DNA of 64,000 bases from the human T2T-CHM13v2.0 reference genome, Homo sapiens: assembly GCF_009914755.1 (NCBI RefSeq), contig NC_060930.1; one strand, written 5' to 3'. The notes under the pieces are model-generated. The model was given only the letters and a program-made list of their open reading frames with translations, ran no database searches and was not told the DNA's origin. How positions within the stretch are numbered: position 1 is the stretch's first letter; the number at the start of each line of letters is the position of its first letter. Shown here in pieces: positions 16,875-28,848 of this stretch. The translations under genes were made by a program, and so were the position numbers.

Positions 16875-17081
16875 TCCAGGGCCAGCCCTGAGAGCTGCTG
16901 TGCCACTTTGGTACTAGGATAGGAAATAGGGAGTCACAGGGCTCTAAGCTGGCAGTCAGCTTGGTTCTGAATCCACATGTTCACTCTGTACCCAACAAAT
17001 ATTTTAATACAATGTAGCCATGTTCCCCTTTCTTTTACAAATGTGTGATTTACAACAGCGGGATTCTAGCATTTATCAGGT
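16875..17081 (-). pseudogene. Candidate pseudo-exon X18 (frame unresolved)
   Basis: gttgtgctatgtag| ... CTGGA|GTAAGC; 207 nt; several stops in the frames examined. Confidence 0.35.
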
Positions 17082-17290
17082 CTACATAGCACAACATAAT
17101 TTTAATGTGAGGGATTCCTGACAGGCTTATATATTAAAAAATTGAGCACTCAACCATGAATATTTTAAAGACTATATTTAGTCCAATATTATTTGATGAT
17201 ATTTAGTATAAACTGACATTGACTTAGAAGATATAATATTTCATAGTGTATGTGATCAATAAGCTTGTACTGGGAGCACTAGATGTGTAC

Positions 17291-17396
17291 CAAGGTCTTT
17301 TACATATCTTTAGAAAATTCATCATATCATGACCCATATCCCTGGGAGCTGGCTAATATTTACAAATCCTCAGTTATTTGATGAAGTTTTTCAAAC
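17291..17396 (-). pseudogene. Candidate pseudo-exon X17
   Basis: ctttttcccttgttgatcatatcaag|; FEKLHQITEDL*ILASSQGYGS*YDEFSKDM*KTL; weak donor GTACAC. Confidence 0.45.
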
Positions 17397-17996
17397 CTTG
17401 ATATGATCAACAAGGGAAAAAGTCATGAAAAAAGAGGTAATTTGAACATATTTTCTTCCCTTGACGTAGCAATATTTCCTGGTGTGTGGAAATATTATTC
17501 TATCCGTCCTCAGGTGAGAAAGAGCTGCTACTCCAGCTTGTTAAAAAAATTAGTTTAATTTCCCCTTTCTGTATCAAATGCCACCATAGGAGCAGTTTTT
17601 AGTCACATTGTAAACTAAGGGCTGATGAGTGCAATCCGTTGAGTGGTAAGATTTAAAATCAGACATATTTTGAATATAAATCACAGTTTTACTGAGGTAA
17701 AAGGTTTTTTTAAATGGAGTCTTAAAATATAAAATGTATACGTGTAGTCATTAACATATTTTCTTTAGTATAGCCATGTGGGTGATATATTTTAAATATA
17801 TCTGGAATATTTATTGAAATCATCCGGCTTCTTAGCAGTTATTTAACAATGTACCACATTAATGACAATTCTAAGAATGTTTCATTGGAATATAGAAAGC
17901 AATATTGCTCCCCTCCATCTCATTCCTTCCTTCCAGAGTAATCCGTAGGTGTCCTAGAAATCTCCTGAGATTCAGCAAGAATCAACATTCACATAC

Positions 17997-18115
17997 ACAA
18001 GGCTCAAGATCTGGGGGAGCCTGAAAGAGTGGCATTTGGTCATAGTGCCCTGATTGAGGAAAGCGTACTGGTGGGTTTTCCTGCATCCAAGCAGGATGCA
18101 GGATTCCTGGGCCTC
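17997..18115 (-). pseudogene. Candidate pseudo-exon X16
   Basis: atgcctacag| ... TTGT|GTATGT; open: EAQESCILLGCRKTHQYAFLNQGTMTKCHSFRLPQILSL; 85 bp intron from X15. Confidence 0.55.
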
Positions 18116-18200
18116 CTGTAGGCATATTTACATGGGCTTGCATATTACAACCGAATGAACACTATTATTCACCAATTCTTCATGGCAAGACATAACTTAC

Positions 18201-18471
18201 ACTGTTCTTGGCAGTAACCAGGAACAGCTTAGCAAATTATTCAGAGATGCTAGGAGATAAATCAGCTTAAGTGTTGTTAGAGCATTATTCAAGCAGATGT
18301 ACTTAAGGCAAAGGTATGTCTGCTCATCTTCGCCATACTGTAAAGGGTCCTCCACCCCCAAGATCTAATGCAGTGGAATCATCTTCCCCAGGTGAGCCTG
18401 GGAAAGCTGTGGCTGGGCTTGTTTATTTGGAAGCACAACAGCCTCCATGAAACTTCTACGTCAGGGGTAAC
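18201..18471 (-). pseudogene. Candidate pseudo-exon X15 (frame unresolved)
   Basis: catctctccttttatag| ... ACAGT|GTAAGT; strong splice sites, but 7 stops in the chained frame and 2 in an alternative frame, so internal frameshifts are likely. Confidence 0.55.
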
Positions 18472-18766
18472 CTATAAAAGGAGAGATGAATCTCCGATGC
18501 CCACAGGACCCTGGCCCTTAGCAGACTTGGGTTTATAATGAAAATCAGATAAAACCAGAGCAGTCTTGTTTCACAGAGCCTGTCTAGAGTAATTTAAAGA
18601 GGGGAAGTGGGGTGGAGAAGATGTGCTTTAATCCATTTTATGGATGAAATCTTTGGTTCCAGGTAGTTTTTTATCCCCTCCATGGAGGGCCATCCCAATG
18701 TGTGAACTTTTCAAATGGATGCCTTCTGATGGGGCCCCTAATACAGACAAAATCCCCCACCCTCAC

Positions 18767-18852
18767 CCTGTGGACTTTGCATGAGAATCAACTCCAAACT
18801 GCCATGTTCTCTACATACATTTCCCACATTTTCTTCAGTCATTAGTTTCCTG
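18767..18852 (-). pseudogene. Candidate pseudo-exon X14
   Basis: ttctgtgtgttttcag| ... ACAGG|GTGAGG; QETND*RKCGKCM*RTWQFGVDSHAKST. Confidence 0.6.
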
Positions 18853-19050
18853 CTGAAAACACACAGAACCAACACCCGCTGGAGAACTTGCTGCTATACA
18901 TTTGCACACACCTATCCAAGTTTTCTGCAGGACCACAGATTTCTATTCCACTCTATTACCTCTTCTCTCTCTTTCCCCTTATTTGGCATCTGGATTCCTT
19001 TCTAAATGTGTCATTTACCAAGAAGTGAACCCACCAAACCTCTTCCTCAC

Positions 19051-19212
19051 CTGGGGAGTGTTGCCAGTGGAGAGACAAGCCTCTTTATTAAACTGCTGTT
19101 TCCACCCCCTGAGCCTGAGATTGGGATTTTTGCAACCCTTGATGACCATGTTTCCTGTATCTACCCTTCTTTCTGAGGCTAAGTTTAAGACAAATCTTGG
19201 ATTAAAAGCCAG
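19051..19212 (-). pseudogene. Candidate pseudo-exon X13
   Basis: gttgtatttccaaaag| ... CCCAG|GTGAGG; 162 nt open: LAFNPRFVLNLASERRVDTGNMVIKGCKNPNLRLRGWKQQFNKEACLSTGNTPQ (inside ORF 19015..19230). Confidence 0.7.
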
Positions 19213-19322
19213 CTTTTGGAAATACAACATAAATCACAGGAAGAGGCAGAGACAACTTTAGCTTAGTAACCCCAGGAGACATGAGAGGAAGAGGCCCTCT
19301 TAGGTCCTCACTTTCTACTCAC

Positions 19323-19415
19323 AGCTTCACTCCTATCTCCAGAACCTTGGAGATGGATGATATCAGAACACTTCACAATCTGAAGCAGGGCACACTGAAG
19401 AGAAGAGGCATAAAC
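19323..19415 (-). pseudogene. Candidate pseudo-exon X12
   Basis: ccctcttgctcctgccacag| ... AAGCT|GTGAGT; 93 nt open: VYASSLQCALLQIVKCSDIIHLQGSGDRSEA; phase 0-0. Confidence 0.7.
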
Positions 19416-19759
19416 CTGTGGCAGGAGCAAGAGGGATCCAGAGACATGTGAAGTTGAGAGCAGAGGAGAGAAGAGATGGTGGGCCAAGAGGGAACATTTG
19501 CTTATTGCCTACTAGTCACAGGGTAGGGGCCTACTAGTCACAGGGTAGGTAGGTAGTGGCCCTAAGGCCTTAGCTGAGAGGCCCTGGACCCCTTGATTAT
19601 TTGGACATGATTCATATATGGCAGGAAAAAGTATTTCTGATATTTTAATATAGGTTAGCAGATGTGATTTAACCTAAATCATATTATTGTTTTACATATT
19701 ATTCTGGCCTCCTAGTGAGTGTGATGAGGAAAGAGAGGTTCAATACTGAACTCCATTAC

Positions 19760-20007
19760 CCTCCTTTCTACAGTAGCATAGTCCCAGGTTATATGTCTAC
19801 CTCTATGAAACACCGTATCAATCACGGGCCATCAGTCTCCTCTGGGACTCATCCAGTGCATGTCATGAAGAAGAAAATTGGATAACTACATTTCCAACAT
19901 GTTTTCTTCAGCCTCAATGCGTGGCCATGAGAGACCACTACTAACATTTACCAGTCCTTTCCTAGCCCTGATCGCCACAAAGCCAGAGCTTTGGGGGACA
20001 TAAATAT
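19760..20007 (-). pseudogene. Candidate pseudo-exon X11
   Basis: tttctcttcacttatttctcag| ... GGAGG|GTAATG; [81 protein letters not shown]; phase 1-0. Confidence 0.7.
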
Positions 20008-20153
20008 CTGAGAAATAAGTGAAGAGAAACACATTTTCAGAGATTCCTGAACAACCCAAATTTCTACTTGTGTCTTTTATATTCTGGTTTCTTCTGACAA
20101 CTGACATACTAGAATCTGCACAACATTGTGAAACAGCCAGTATCATTAGTTAC

Positions 20154-20309
20154 CTACATAGTATATTCCACTAATCTGTTTTGTATGGTCTCAGGTCCAA
20201 GTATTTTTGGGCTGATTATAGCAGTACCATATTTGTTCCAAAGCTAAGAAACATGTATCTGGAGGCCTGTAGTAGAATTCCCTGGAAATATTTCATCTGC
20301 TAAGGTCAC
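20154..20309 (-). pseudogene. Candidate pseudo-exon X10
   Basis: gtgttctgcag| ... TGTAG|GTAACT; DLSR*NISREFYYRPPDTCFLALEQIWYCYNQPKNTWT*DHTKQISGIYYV; phase 1-1; both stops are TGA (possible CGA decay). Confidence 0.65.
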
Positions 20310-20638
20310 CTGCAGAACACCAGGTTTCATCATTTACTCTGAATGGGAAGGGTCCCAACATTAAGGACATCCAATAAATTCTAGATTTCGGTGGGTTCAG
20401 CACGGAACTCCATTACCCTCCTTTCTACAGTGCATAGTCCCAGGTTATATGTCTACCTCTATGCAACACCGTATCAATCACATGCCATCAGTCTCCTCTG
20501 GGACTCATCCAGTGCATATCATGAAGAAGAAAATTGGATAACTACATTTCCAACACGTTTTCTTCAGCCTCAATGCGTGGCCATGAGAGACCACTACTAA
20601 CATTTACCTATCCCTATCCCATTTTCCCACCTTCACTT

Positions 20639-20872
20639 CATATATATATATATATACACACATATATATACACACATATATATACACATATATATACATA
20701 TATACACATATATATACACATATATATACACATATATATATACACATATATATACACATATATATACACATATATATATACACATATATATACACATATA
20801 TATACACATATATATACACACATATATATACACACACACATATATATATATATATATATTTTTTTTTTTTTT
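20639..20872. repeat. (TA)n/(TACA)n compound microsatellite plus poly-T
   Basis: Read directly. Confidence 0.95.
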
Positions 20873-21150
20873 GGCTGAGCAAGGTGGCTCACGCCTGTAA
20901 TCCTAGCACTTTAGGAGGCCGAGGAGGGCGGATCACCTGCAGTCAGGAGTTCGAGACCAGCCTGGCCAACGTAGTGAAACCTCGTCTCCACTAAAAATAC
21001 AAAAATTAGCCAGGCATGGTGGCACATGCCTGTAGTCTCAGCTACTCGGGAGGCTGAGGCAGGAGAATTGCTTGAACCCAGGAGGCAGAGGTTGCAGTGA
21101 GTTGAGATCGTCTCAAACCAAAACCAAACCAAAACAAAACAAAAAACAAA
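20873..21150 (+). mobile_element. AluS SINE with 3' internal deletion
   Basis: gagatcg|tctcaaa skips part of the right arm. Confidence 0.9.
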
Positions 21151-21560
21151 TAATTTTTTTAATGAAAAAGAATCTTCTTTACAAATTAATTATTGGTTTC
21201 TGCATTTGGTTACATAACTGGATAGTTTTCTCCCAATTTGGGATTGTTCATCAATATTTTTTTCTAGCATTTTTATATTTACATGTTTTCATTAACTCAT
21301 TAACATGGATTTTTCTTTTCTTTATAAAAACCTTTCAATTTTTTCTATGATGTAGAATATATTTCTCTGAGGTAGTGGTCTATCTTGATGTTTAGTCACT
21401 TAGCCCAATGCATTATTCGAAAGTCAAACTGATTTAAAATTATACTTCTATCATATACCAAATTATTTCAAATGCTTGGGTCAATTTCTTGTCTTTTTTT
21501 CTTCTTCTGTGTATCTGCTTGTTTTTAAACTATTGACAAATGTCTTGTTTACTTTTTTAG

Positions 21561-21740
<180 letters not shown>

Positions 21741-21894
21741 TTCCTCTTTCTTTATTTTTCTCAGATATAGAAAAGTCTTTAATTTTCTATTTTTTTCCAG
21801 AAACACTTTGCGTTTCTAAATTCTCTCATAGGCACTGACAGTTCTTTATTTGATTATCTTGGATTTTCTAAATAAATAATCTTATTGCTTGTAA

Positions 21895-22210
<316 letters not shown>

Positions 22211-23336
22211 TGACTCTTTTTTCATAATTATACTCTACTGATTTCCTTTCTCCTTCCATTCTTCCCTCCCCACCCTTCCTTCTATCCCTGTTTCTTTTTT
22301 TCTCTTTCTCTCTGTCTCTCTCTTTCTCTAGGTTAAAGCTTTCTAAACAATGCTGAAAAAGAGTAGGTAATGGTGCAGTGTCATTTATATCACATTCTTC
22401 ATGACTGTAATGGAAATAGTGGGGTTTGTCTTTGCTTTTGTTTTTCAATCAAACATAGTTGTTGCTATTGGATTGATTACTAATATACTATTTGGGCCGA
22501 GTGCAGGATAGGAGGAGAGCCTGTGAACAAGCCTCCATGCACTTTCATAAGATAGGTGTAAGGTAAGATTGAGAATTCCCTTTCCCCTTCTCACCCATCA
22601 TCCCCTTCTTTAGGCTAGGCTTGCCTGTATTTCTTGCCAAGCAGAACTTCACTGGGTTTTCAGATCTTTCTGAAAGCTGTCCTTTGGCTTTCCAGGTGGG
22701 CTAATAAACTGCTGGGTGGTTTGCCATTCACTAAGTTTAATCTCATCAGTATCATGTCTTCCAGAAATTGCTTGAAGTCACTCTTCTCTGATTTCCCTTA
22801 ACTTTTTGGTAGTTCTTTTGAATTTCAATGAGAACTAAGTAAAAAAAAAAAAAAAAAATCAGCTCAGCCAACCAACTTGAAATAGTTCCTTTAAAAATTA
22901 TCATTTCTAATTCTCAAGTGTTAAAATATAAATGAATCCTCCCTTAAGTAATAATGACAGATGGAAATACTATATTAAAAACTCAGCTCCTATCACATAT
23001 CTGCAATGGTAACTCACTTAAAAATGTTATCCTGCATTGGATTAAGTGGTTTCAAAATGAAAATATGAATATAAATAAACTGCTCTTTTACAAAAGAACT
23101 GAAAACTAGCAAGTATACTGAAAAAGTGCTTCTTATTCAAATTAATCTATGAATTATTTTCCTTTTTTGATATTGAAAAAGAACCTTGCTAAGAAACAAT
23201 GTTTAATTTTGTATCAACACTGAATACTAATTAGGAAAAAAAAGCACCCTTATTATTCTCTCTGAATAACAAGTATTTTTCCAGTTGGATCACTGTACGT
23301 TTGCGCATGTTAATGACTTATTTTTCAAAGATTTAC

Positions 23337-23460
23337 CACTCTGATGTATGTTTTGCAGTAGTAGATTTCCTCGTGTCCTCCACAGTGAAATATCTTCATT
23401 GTTTGAATCACATTTTTGGCAGGATGGTGTTCTTTTACATTTTGGGGGTATCATAGGAGC
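23337..23460 (-). pseudogene. Candidate pseudo-exon X9
   Basis: Strong acceptor tttgtctccctcctctctcag| ... GAGTG|GTAAAT; open frame APMIPPKCKRTPSCQKCDSNNEDISLWRTRGNLLLQNIHQS; phase 0-1. Confidence 0.65.
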
Positions 23461-24023
23461 CTGAGAGAGGAGGGAGACAAATCTTATCTATAAAGCTTAT
23501 TCATGAATTTTTGTTTTGGCGTGGGAAATTTGCCCCTGTGTGTAACAAGGGCATTTAACAAAATCTGTAATGCTTTTTTGAAATAAATTAGTTTCTTACG
23601 GCAAAGCTGTAAGAAGCTCTTTTTTCAGTTGTTAACATGTTTTTAGACTAAGTTCCAAATTCAAAACGAATATGAATGCCGCCTTCAATCTACACCACTG
23701 CACCTCATCTTTGTTCTTTTTTCTTCCTTTCCCAGACACCTATATTCTCATTTTATTTCTTCAGCGGACATCAATTAGCACTTTGGTCCCTAACCCAGAT
23801 CGGTTTTGTCAGCACCTCATGTTTGGAGTTTTTCTTATTTGCATCGTTTGATTCAACTCGTCCTCTGATTTCCCTGACCCACTTCCCTGATTACCAAAGT
23901 AAAAGCTGGCTGATCTGTCAGACCAATTCTAAATCTGTCCATAGTCTTTTTCTCTATGCTATACTCTCACATCAACTCATTATTATGACTCAGTGTTAAA
24001 GATATGATAGTATGAAGGGTTAC

Positions 24024-24663
24024 ATTATTTTTCAGGAACTGGATACTTGGTTTAACATGACTCTGCCCTGGACAGCCTGGCCAATTACCCTGACTCCCCT
24101 ACTTTCAATCATACTGAAGATGTTATATAAGTAACGTGTTATTAAATATATTTTTAATGTCTGCAAATGCCATTCTTCTATAGCTGTCAAATTCAAGAAA
24201 GTTATCTCAGAATTCTGCAAAGCCTCAGAACAGATAGTCTTCAATGACACACACTGTGGATGCTAAGATTTACCAACCCAGTAACTTCTTGGGCTGACTG
24301 AAATTTTTTTCAAGAAGGCAGCTGTGCACCTCCTGCTGGTGGGTTGGTGGCCTCACTGGTGCAGTCACTCCACTAGTGGAAAGGCCCACGTGTTCCTTAG
24401 AACTGTTTCTTCTTCTATATGGCCAGAACAATCCTCTGCTCACCCTCCTGATGTACACTGATGAAGCTATTTATTTATTTATTTATATTTTTTAAGACTG
24501 GACTGTGGCAGAGGGTAGGGGGCTGGCTTTGCTGTGTTGCCCAGCCTGGACTCAAACTCCTGGGCTGAGGTGATCCTCCGGTCTTAGCCTTCTGAGTACC
24601 TGGGACTATAGATGTGCGCCCCAGCACCTGGCTGATGCAGTCTTTTACATATAGGGCACTACC
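24024..24663 (-). pseudogene. Candidate pseudo-exon X8, interrupted by an Alu monomer
   Basis: cacttttatttgcaag| ... AAT|GTAACC; removing the Alu and one TSD copy joins VVPYM*KTAS in frame to ORF 24270..24458 (VYIRRVSRGLFWPY...) and on to DNFLEFDSYRRMAFADIKNIF...QFLKNN; 7 stops. Confidence 0.55.
24468..24631 (-). mobile_element. FLAM-like Alu monomer inside pseudo-exon X8
   Basis: (TTTA)n tail, gttgcccagcctggactcaaactcctgggct...; imperfect TSD ctgatgaagct / ctgatgcagtct. Confidence 0.8.
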
Positions 24664-24872
24664 CTTGCAAATAAAAGTGCCAGATAAAAGAACTGTACAA
24701 TCTACATTCTAGGTCTGGTTCTATTCCTGATCCAATATGTGATTCTGGGTAAATCATTGTCTCTAGGCTGGACCTCAGTATTCTAGGAAGTAAAATGAGT
24801 GTTTTGGATTATATGATATTTAGTGACATCTCCTGTCCTAAAATTTAAAACTGTCATTCATCTCAAGGTTAC

Positions 24873-25022
24873 CTTTCTGTTTGTCTATGACTTGCTGTCC
24901 TGGCCCATTGGCTGTTGAGAGGAGTAATGAAGCAATTGGGGTATCTGAAACTCAAGGTTTCTAGGAAATTAAGTCCTGGCCCAAGTATGCATTTTATTTT
25001 TCTCCATGTAACTTATCCCCAC
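24873..25022 (-). pseudogene. Candidate pseudo-exon X7
   Basis: ttaacttttaatcactag| ... GAAAG|GTAACC; 150 nt, phase 2-2; WG*VTWRKIKCILGPGLNFLETLSFRYPNCFITPLNSQWARTASHRQTE. Confidence 0.65.
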
Positions 25023-25116
25023 CTAGTGATTAAAAGTTAAAATAGCAACTCATACTTGGAGAGAAAAGGGATTTTATTTATCACACCCAAATGATGTTTT
25101 CTTGGGGAAATGATAC

Positions 25117-25363
25117 ACGGTATATATATGTAGGCCATGTTTTTTAACATCAGGTTCAAGATGATGGCTGACAATCCTCCTGTATCCACCCTGCATGATA
25201 ATTACAAGGGCTGGAGTTACCAGAAAGGCAGAAAAAGAATTTTTAAAAGGTTGTTTCTAGAAGCTGCTTTGAAGACCTTTATGCCTCAAATGACTAAGAA
25301 TTTTTTGTGTGCCTTGGTTTTTTACAGTTACTTTGAGTAATGAGATTTGAAGGCAACTAATCC
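25117..25363 (-). pseudogene. Candidate pseudo-exon X6
   Basis: ctgtctctgattttgtcag|; 81 codons with one stop: ISCLQISLLKVTVKNQGTQKILSHLRHKGLQSSF*KQPFKNSFSAFLVTPALVIIMQGGYRRIVSHHLEPDVKKHGLHIYT; donor GTATCA (weak). Confidence 0.6.
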
Positions 25364-25443
25364 CTGACAAAATCAGAGACAGCATGAGAGAATAAGAGTC
25401 ATCTGTTTAAAGTTGACACACAGGCAGGGCAAAGTTTATTTAT

Positions 25444-25628
25444 TCATTTTTAAATCCTGGAAGGTGTATGCAGAAGGGAACTATAATATCCGATTGTCTG
25501 GAACACACCCCATTTGAACAGCTGAGTGGAATTTCTGTTTTTTGCCACTTCTTCTCATTTGTTCAGGCTGCCCCTGTGGACCACTGAACAAGTAGGCTAG
25601 TTATAGAGCTGCTGGGAAGTTCAGGAGC
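25444..25628 (-). pseudogene. Candidate pseudo-exon X5
   Basis: ttccaaaatttcacctag|; LLNFPAAL*LAYLFSGPQGQPEQMRRSGKKQKFHSAVQMGCVPDNRIL*FPSAYTFQDLKM; donor apparently mutated (ATAAAT); 80 bp intron to X6. Confidence 0.55.
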
Positions 25629-26004
25629 CTAGGTGAAATTTTGGAAAAAGGCAGTGGCATAAAATAAGGTCCCAGGGAACAGATGTACTACTCAGAATTC
25701 TGAAGCTCAAAACACTTTGTTATAATAGTTGTTCTTAGGCTTTTTATTATGGATGAGGATAAAAGAGTGGAGTAAGAATCTTTGCTATTACTCAGTCTTC
25801 TTATTTGAGTTCTTCTAATACTGTTAGGCCACTTTTGTTAGATCAATTTTATTCGGAAGCCAACAGCTAAAATTTAGGCCGGGATCTGTGGGATCATTTA
25901 AATTCCATGTAATTCATCAATTTGAAGAAAGAGTTACAATAATTTTCACCCAAACTATTACATAAAAGATTCTTTATAAATTAATGGTATGACTTGGAAT
26001 TCAC

Positions 26005-28560
26005 TCTTTTACTTTGTCTTGGTTAAGCTTGCTGGAAGTTTATGCATTTTATTGATCTTATCAGAGAATCAGCTTTTGTAACTTTATTTTCTAGATTGCT
26101 TTCCCACTTTCAATGTTTTAAATTCATGCTCTCATTTTTCATATTTTTTTCACTTCTACTTTCTAAATTTAATTTGTTAATCTTTTCTAGCTTCCTAAAG
26201 TGGAATAGGTTATTAATTTTAACCTTTTCTAACTTCTTGATAAATATATGTATTAAAAGCCAAACATTTCCTTTGAAGCACTACTTGTACTAGCTATAAT
26301 TTCATTCAAAATATATTTTAATTTTTTTCAAGGCTTATTCTTTGACCCTAGTTTTATTTAGAGATGTTTTGTTTAATCTCCAAATATTTGGAGATTTTCC
26401 AGTCAACTTTCTGTTATTACTTCTAGCTTAATTCCGCTGTGGTGTGAGAGCATACTTCGTCTTAAATCTATTACTATAAATTTGCCATGTAGGGAAATAA
26501 TAAAAATGTAAGCATAAATTTGTTTTCTCATTTTCATAAAGTTTCAACTTCATGAAAATGAGAAAACACGATGGGTTGGGTGGCTCACACCTGTAATCAC
26601 AGCATTTCTGGATGCCACAGAAAGGTGACTGCTTGAGGCTAGAAATTTGATGCCAGCCTGAGCAACATAGCAAGACCTAATTTCTACAAAAAATAAAAAA
26701 TAATTCAGGTGTGGTGGCAGGTGCCTGTAGTTCCAGCTACTCAGAGAAGGCTGAAGTGGGAGTATTGCTTGAGCCTAGGAGTTTGAGGTTACAGTGAACC
26801 ATAACCATGCCTGGTTGATAGAGCAAGACCCTGTCTCAGAAAAAAAAAGAAAGAAAAGAAAAGAAAATGAAAAAACAATATAGAAAATATCTAACACCAA
26901 AGGTAGTTATTTGAAAAGATCAGTAAAATAGGGAAACCTCCAGCAAGGCTTACCAACACACAAAAATGTAGGGAAAAGACATGAATTACCATTTCACAAA
27001 CGAAAGAAGGATCATTACAACTGATTTCATGGACACTCAAAGGAGAAAGAGGGAATACTATGAATAAATGTGTGCCCACAAATTTGATAAGTAGATGAAA
27101 TGATGAAATGGACTGATTTTTTTGAGAGACACACACTAGCAACATTCACTCAAAGGGAAAAATAATAAACTTAATCTCTCAGTATATATATTAAGGAAAT
27201 TAAATCAGTAATTAAAAAATCTTTCAAGAAAGAAAGCACCAGGGCAAGATGATTTTTAGGTGGATTCTATCCAGCAATTAATGAAGAAATAATAATTATT
27301 TTGAATTTCTTCCCAAAATAGTAGTAAATACTTCCTAACTCATTTTATGATACCAGAATCACTCTAATACCAAAACAAGATAAAGACATTGCTAGAGAAA
27401 ATAACCTGCAGGCCAGTATTTCTTGTGAATATAGACACAAGAGTTCTTAACAAAATATCAACAAACTGAACTCACTCTACTGGAATTCTGAACTCACTCT
27501 ATTGGAGTGAGTTCAGAATTGAATAATTAAGTAACTGGATGGTAGATCATGAGTCATGTTTCTCATTTATGGAGTGGGAGGTTACAGACAGGCAAAAAGA
27601 AGGCTAGAATGGTCTATATTGCAATAGATTAGAATTGGAGACATCAGCATGAACTCATGTTCAGCTTAACATAGGTATAGATGGCCATTTATAGGAATAT
27701 TTATAAAAACATAGGTTAGTATAGATACTATTTGAGAAGGTCTAGAAGCAATGATCCCCCAGTAGTAATGAACACACCCAGTACTCAGATCTTGGTTTCC
27801 AACACCATTTTCCAATACAAAGAATCAGGGCTCTTTAGGAAATGGCTGATTCTAAGACCAGGGCACAAGCATAGGAGATGAGCCTGGAGCATTGTGTGGT
27901 GCCAGAAAACAAGAAAGTGCTGAAAACAAAATATCAAACAAATGCACACACACACATACACACGAACAAAAACAAAAACCCTCTCATAAAACATAAAACA
28001 CTGCAATGGGGTATGTCCATGAGGCATGAAAGCCCACCAAAAGAGCTCTCTATGGCCAAAGCTGGAATAATCTGAGCAGCAAAATAGCATGGTGTTGGAG
28101 TAAATGCAAAGTACAAAACAAATATCCATGATTCCACACAGATATAAATAAATCATTGAATAACTAACTTCCTACACCATCAGTGTAGGCTGTGCACAGT
28201 AACTTCCACAGAGAGCAATAGGGAAGGGGAGAAATAATAATTTTACACTACAGAAATCTGACAAACACGATCTCAGCCAGGTGATCACAGTTAACATCAA
28301 GAGTGATGTCATGTTCCAATAATAAGTAATGAGACTGAAGCCGTAATAAAAAGCCTCCTATCAAAGAAAAGTCCAGGACCAAATGGCTTCACTGTGAATT
28401 CTACCAAACTTTTAAAGAAGAACAAATACCAATTCTACTCCAACTATTCCAAAAAATAGAGGAGGTGGGAACACTTCCAAACTCATTCTGTGAGGCCAGT
28501 ATCACCCTGATACTAAAACCAGACTAAGACACATCAAAAAAAGAAAGCTACAGGTCAATG
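26005..28560. mobile_element. Cluster of L1 fragments in both orientations, with an AluJ at ~26570-26870
   Basis: L1 ORF2 text (aaagtccaggaccaaatggcttcactg, cttcctaactcattttatga) and L1M 3' segments. Confidence 0.8.
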
Positions 28561-28662
28561 AACAATAGGATGTGTTTTACCCAGTTATGTGCAATACTAA
28601 TCCTCCCCTTTGCAGTATACAAATTTCAATTTTTTAATGTGCCTAACTACAGTAAACATTGC

Positions 28663-28737
28663 CTTTCTATCACATAAATTCTTCTATCCGTCAGAGGGCC
28701 ACTCAGGGAAGTTCTTCACTGGGCTACTTTGTTTCGC
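28663..28737 (-). pseudogene. Candidate pseudo-exon X4
   Basis: tttccttgcttgctcag| ... GAAAG|GCAATG (GC or mutated GT donor); RNKVAQ*RTSLSGPLTDRRIYVIE; phase 2-2. Confidence 0.5.
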
Positions 28738-28848
28738 CTGAGCAAGCAAGGAAACTCAGTGTTTATATTATTGAAGGAATGTCTTTGACATTCTTTTAAA
28801 AAAGACATCCTACTGAATGAACCTGTTAGCTTTCCTTCATCTAGATTG

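Larger units (their letters stand above)
19748..20608. repeat. 204 bp dispersed direct duplication (19748-19952 and 20405-20608)
   Basis: About 6 differences between the copies by eye. Confidence 0.95.

Noticed and set aside
17045-17081. LINARIPLL resembling the ARVPIIK motif of TENT/TUT nucleotidyltransferases
   Set aside because: No GS/DxD catalytic motifs were found nearby and the frame is uncertain; too short to support a family call.
18330-18365. Minus-strand ILGVEDPLQYG resembling LEG1 ILWGLPLQYG, a possible LEG1 paralog remnant
   Set aside because: Flanking sequence does not align with LEG1 exon 1; it lies inside pseudo-exon X15 of the unrelated fossil gene and is probably chance.
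18457-18480. CRE-like ACGTCA plus TATAAAAG as a plus-strand promoter
   Set aside because: The TATA is the reverse complement of a strong acceptor (ctccttttatag) and no downstream + gene is evident.
20534-20892. Several HIYT/VYIC-repeat ORFs
   Set aside because: Translations of a TA/CA microsatellite.
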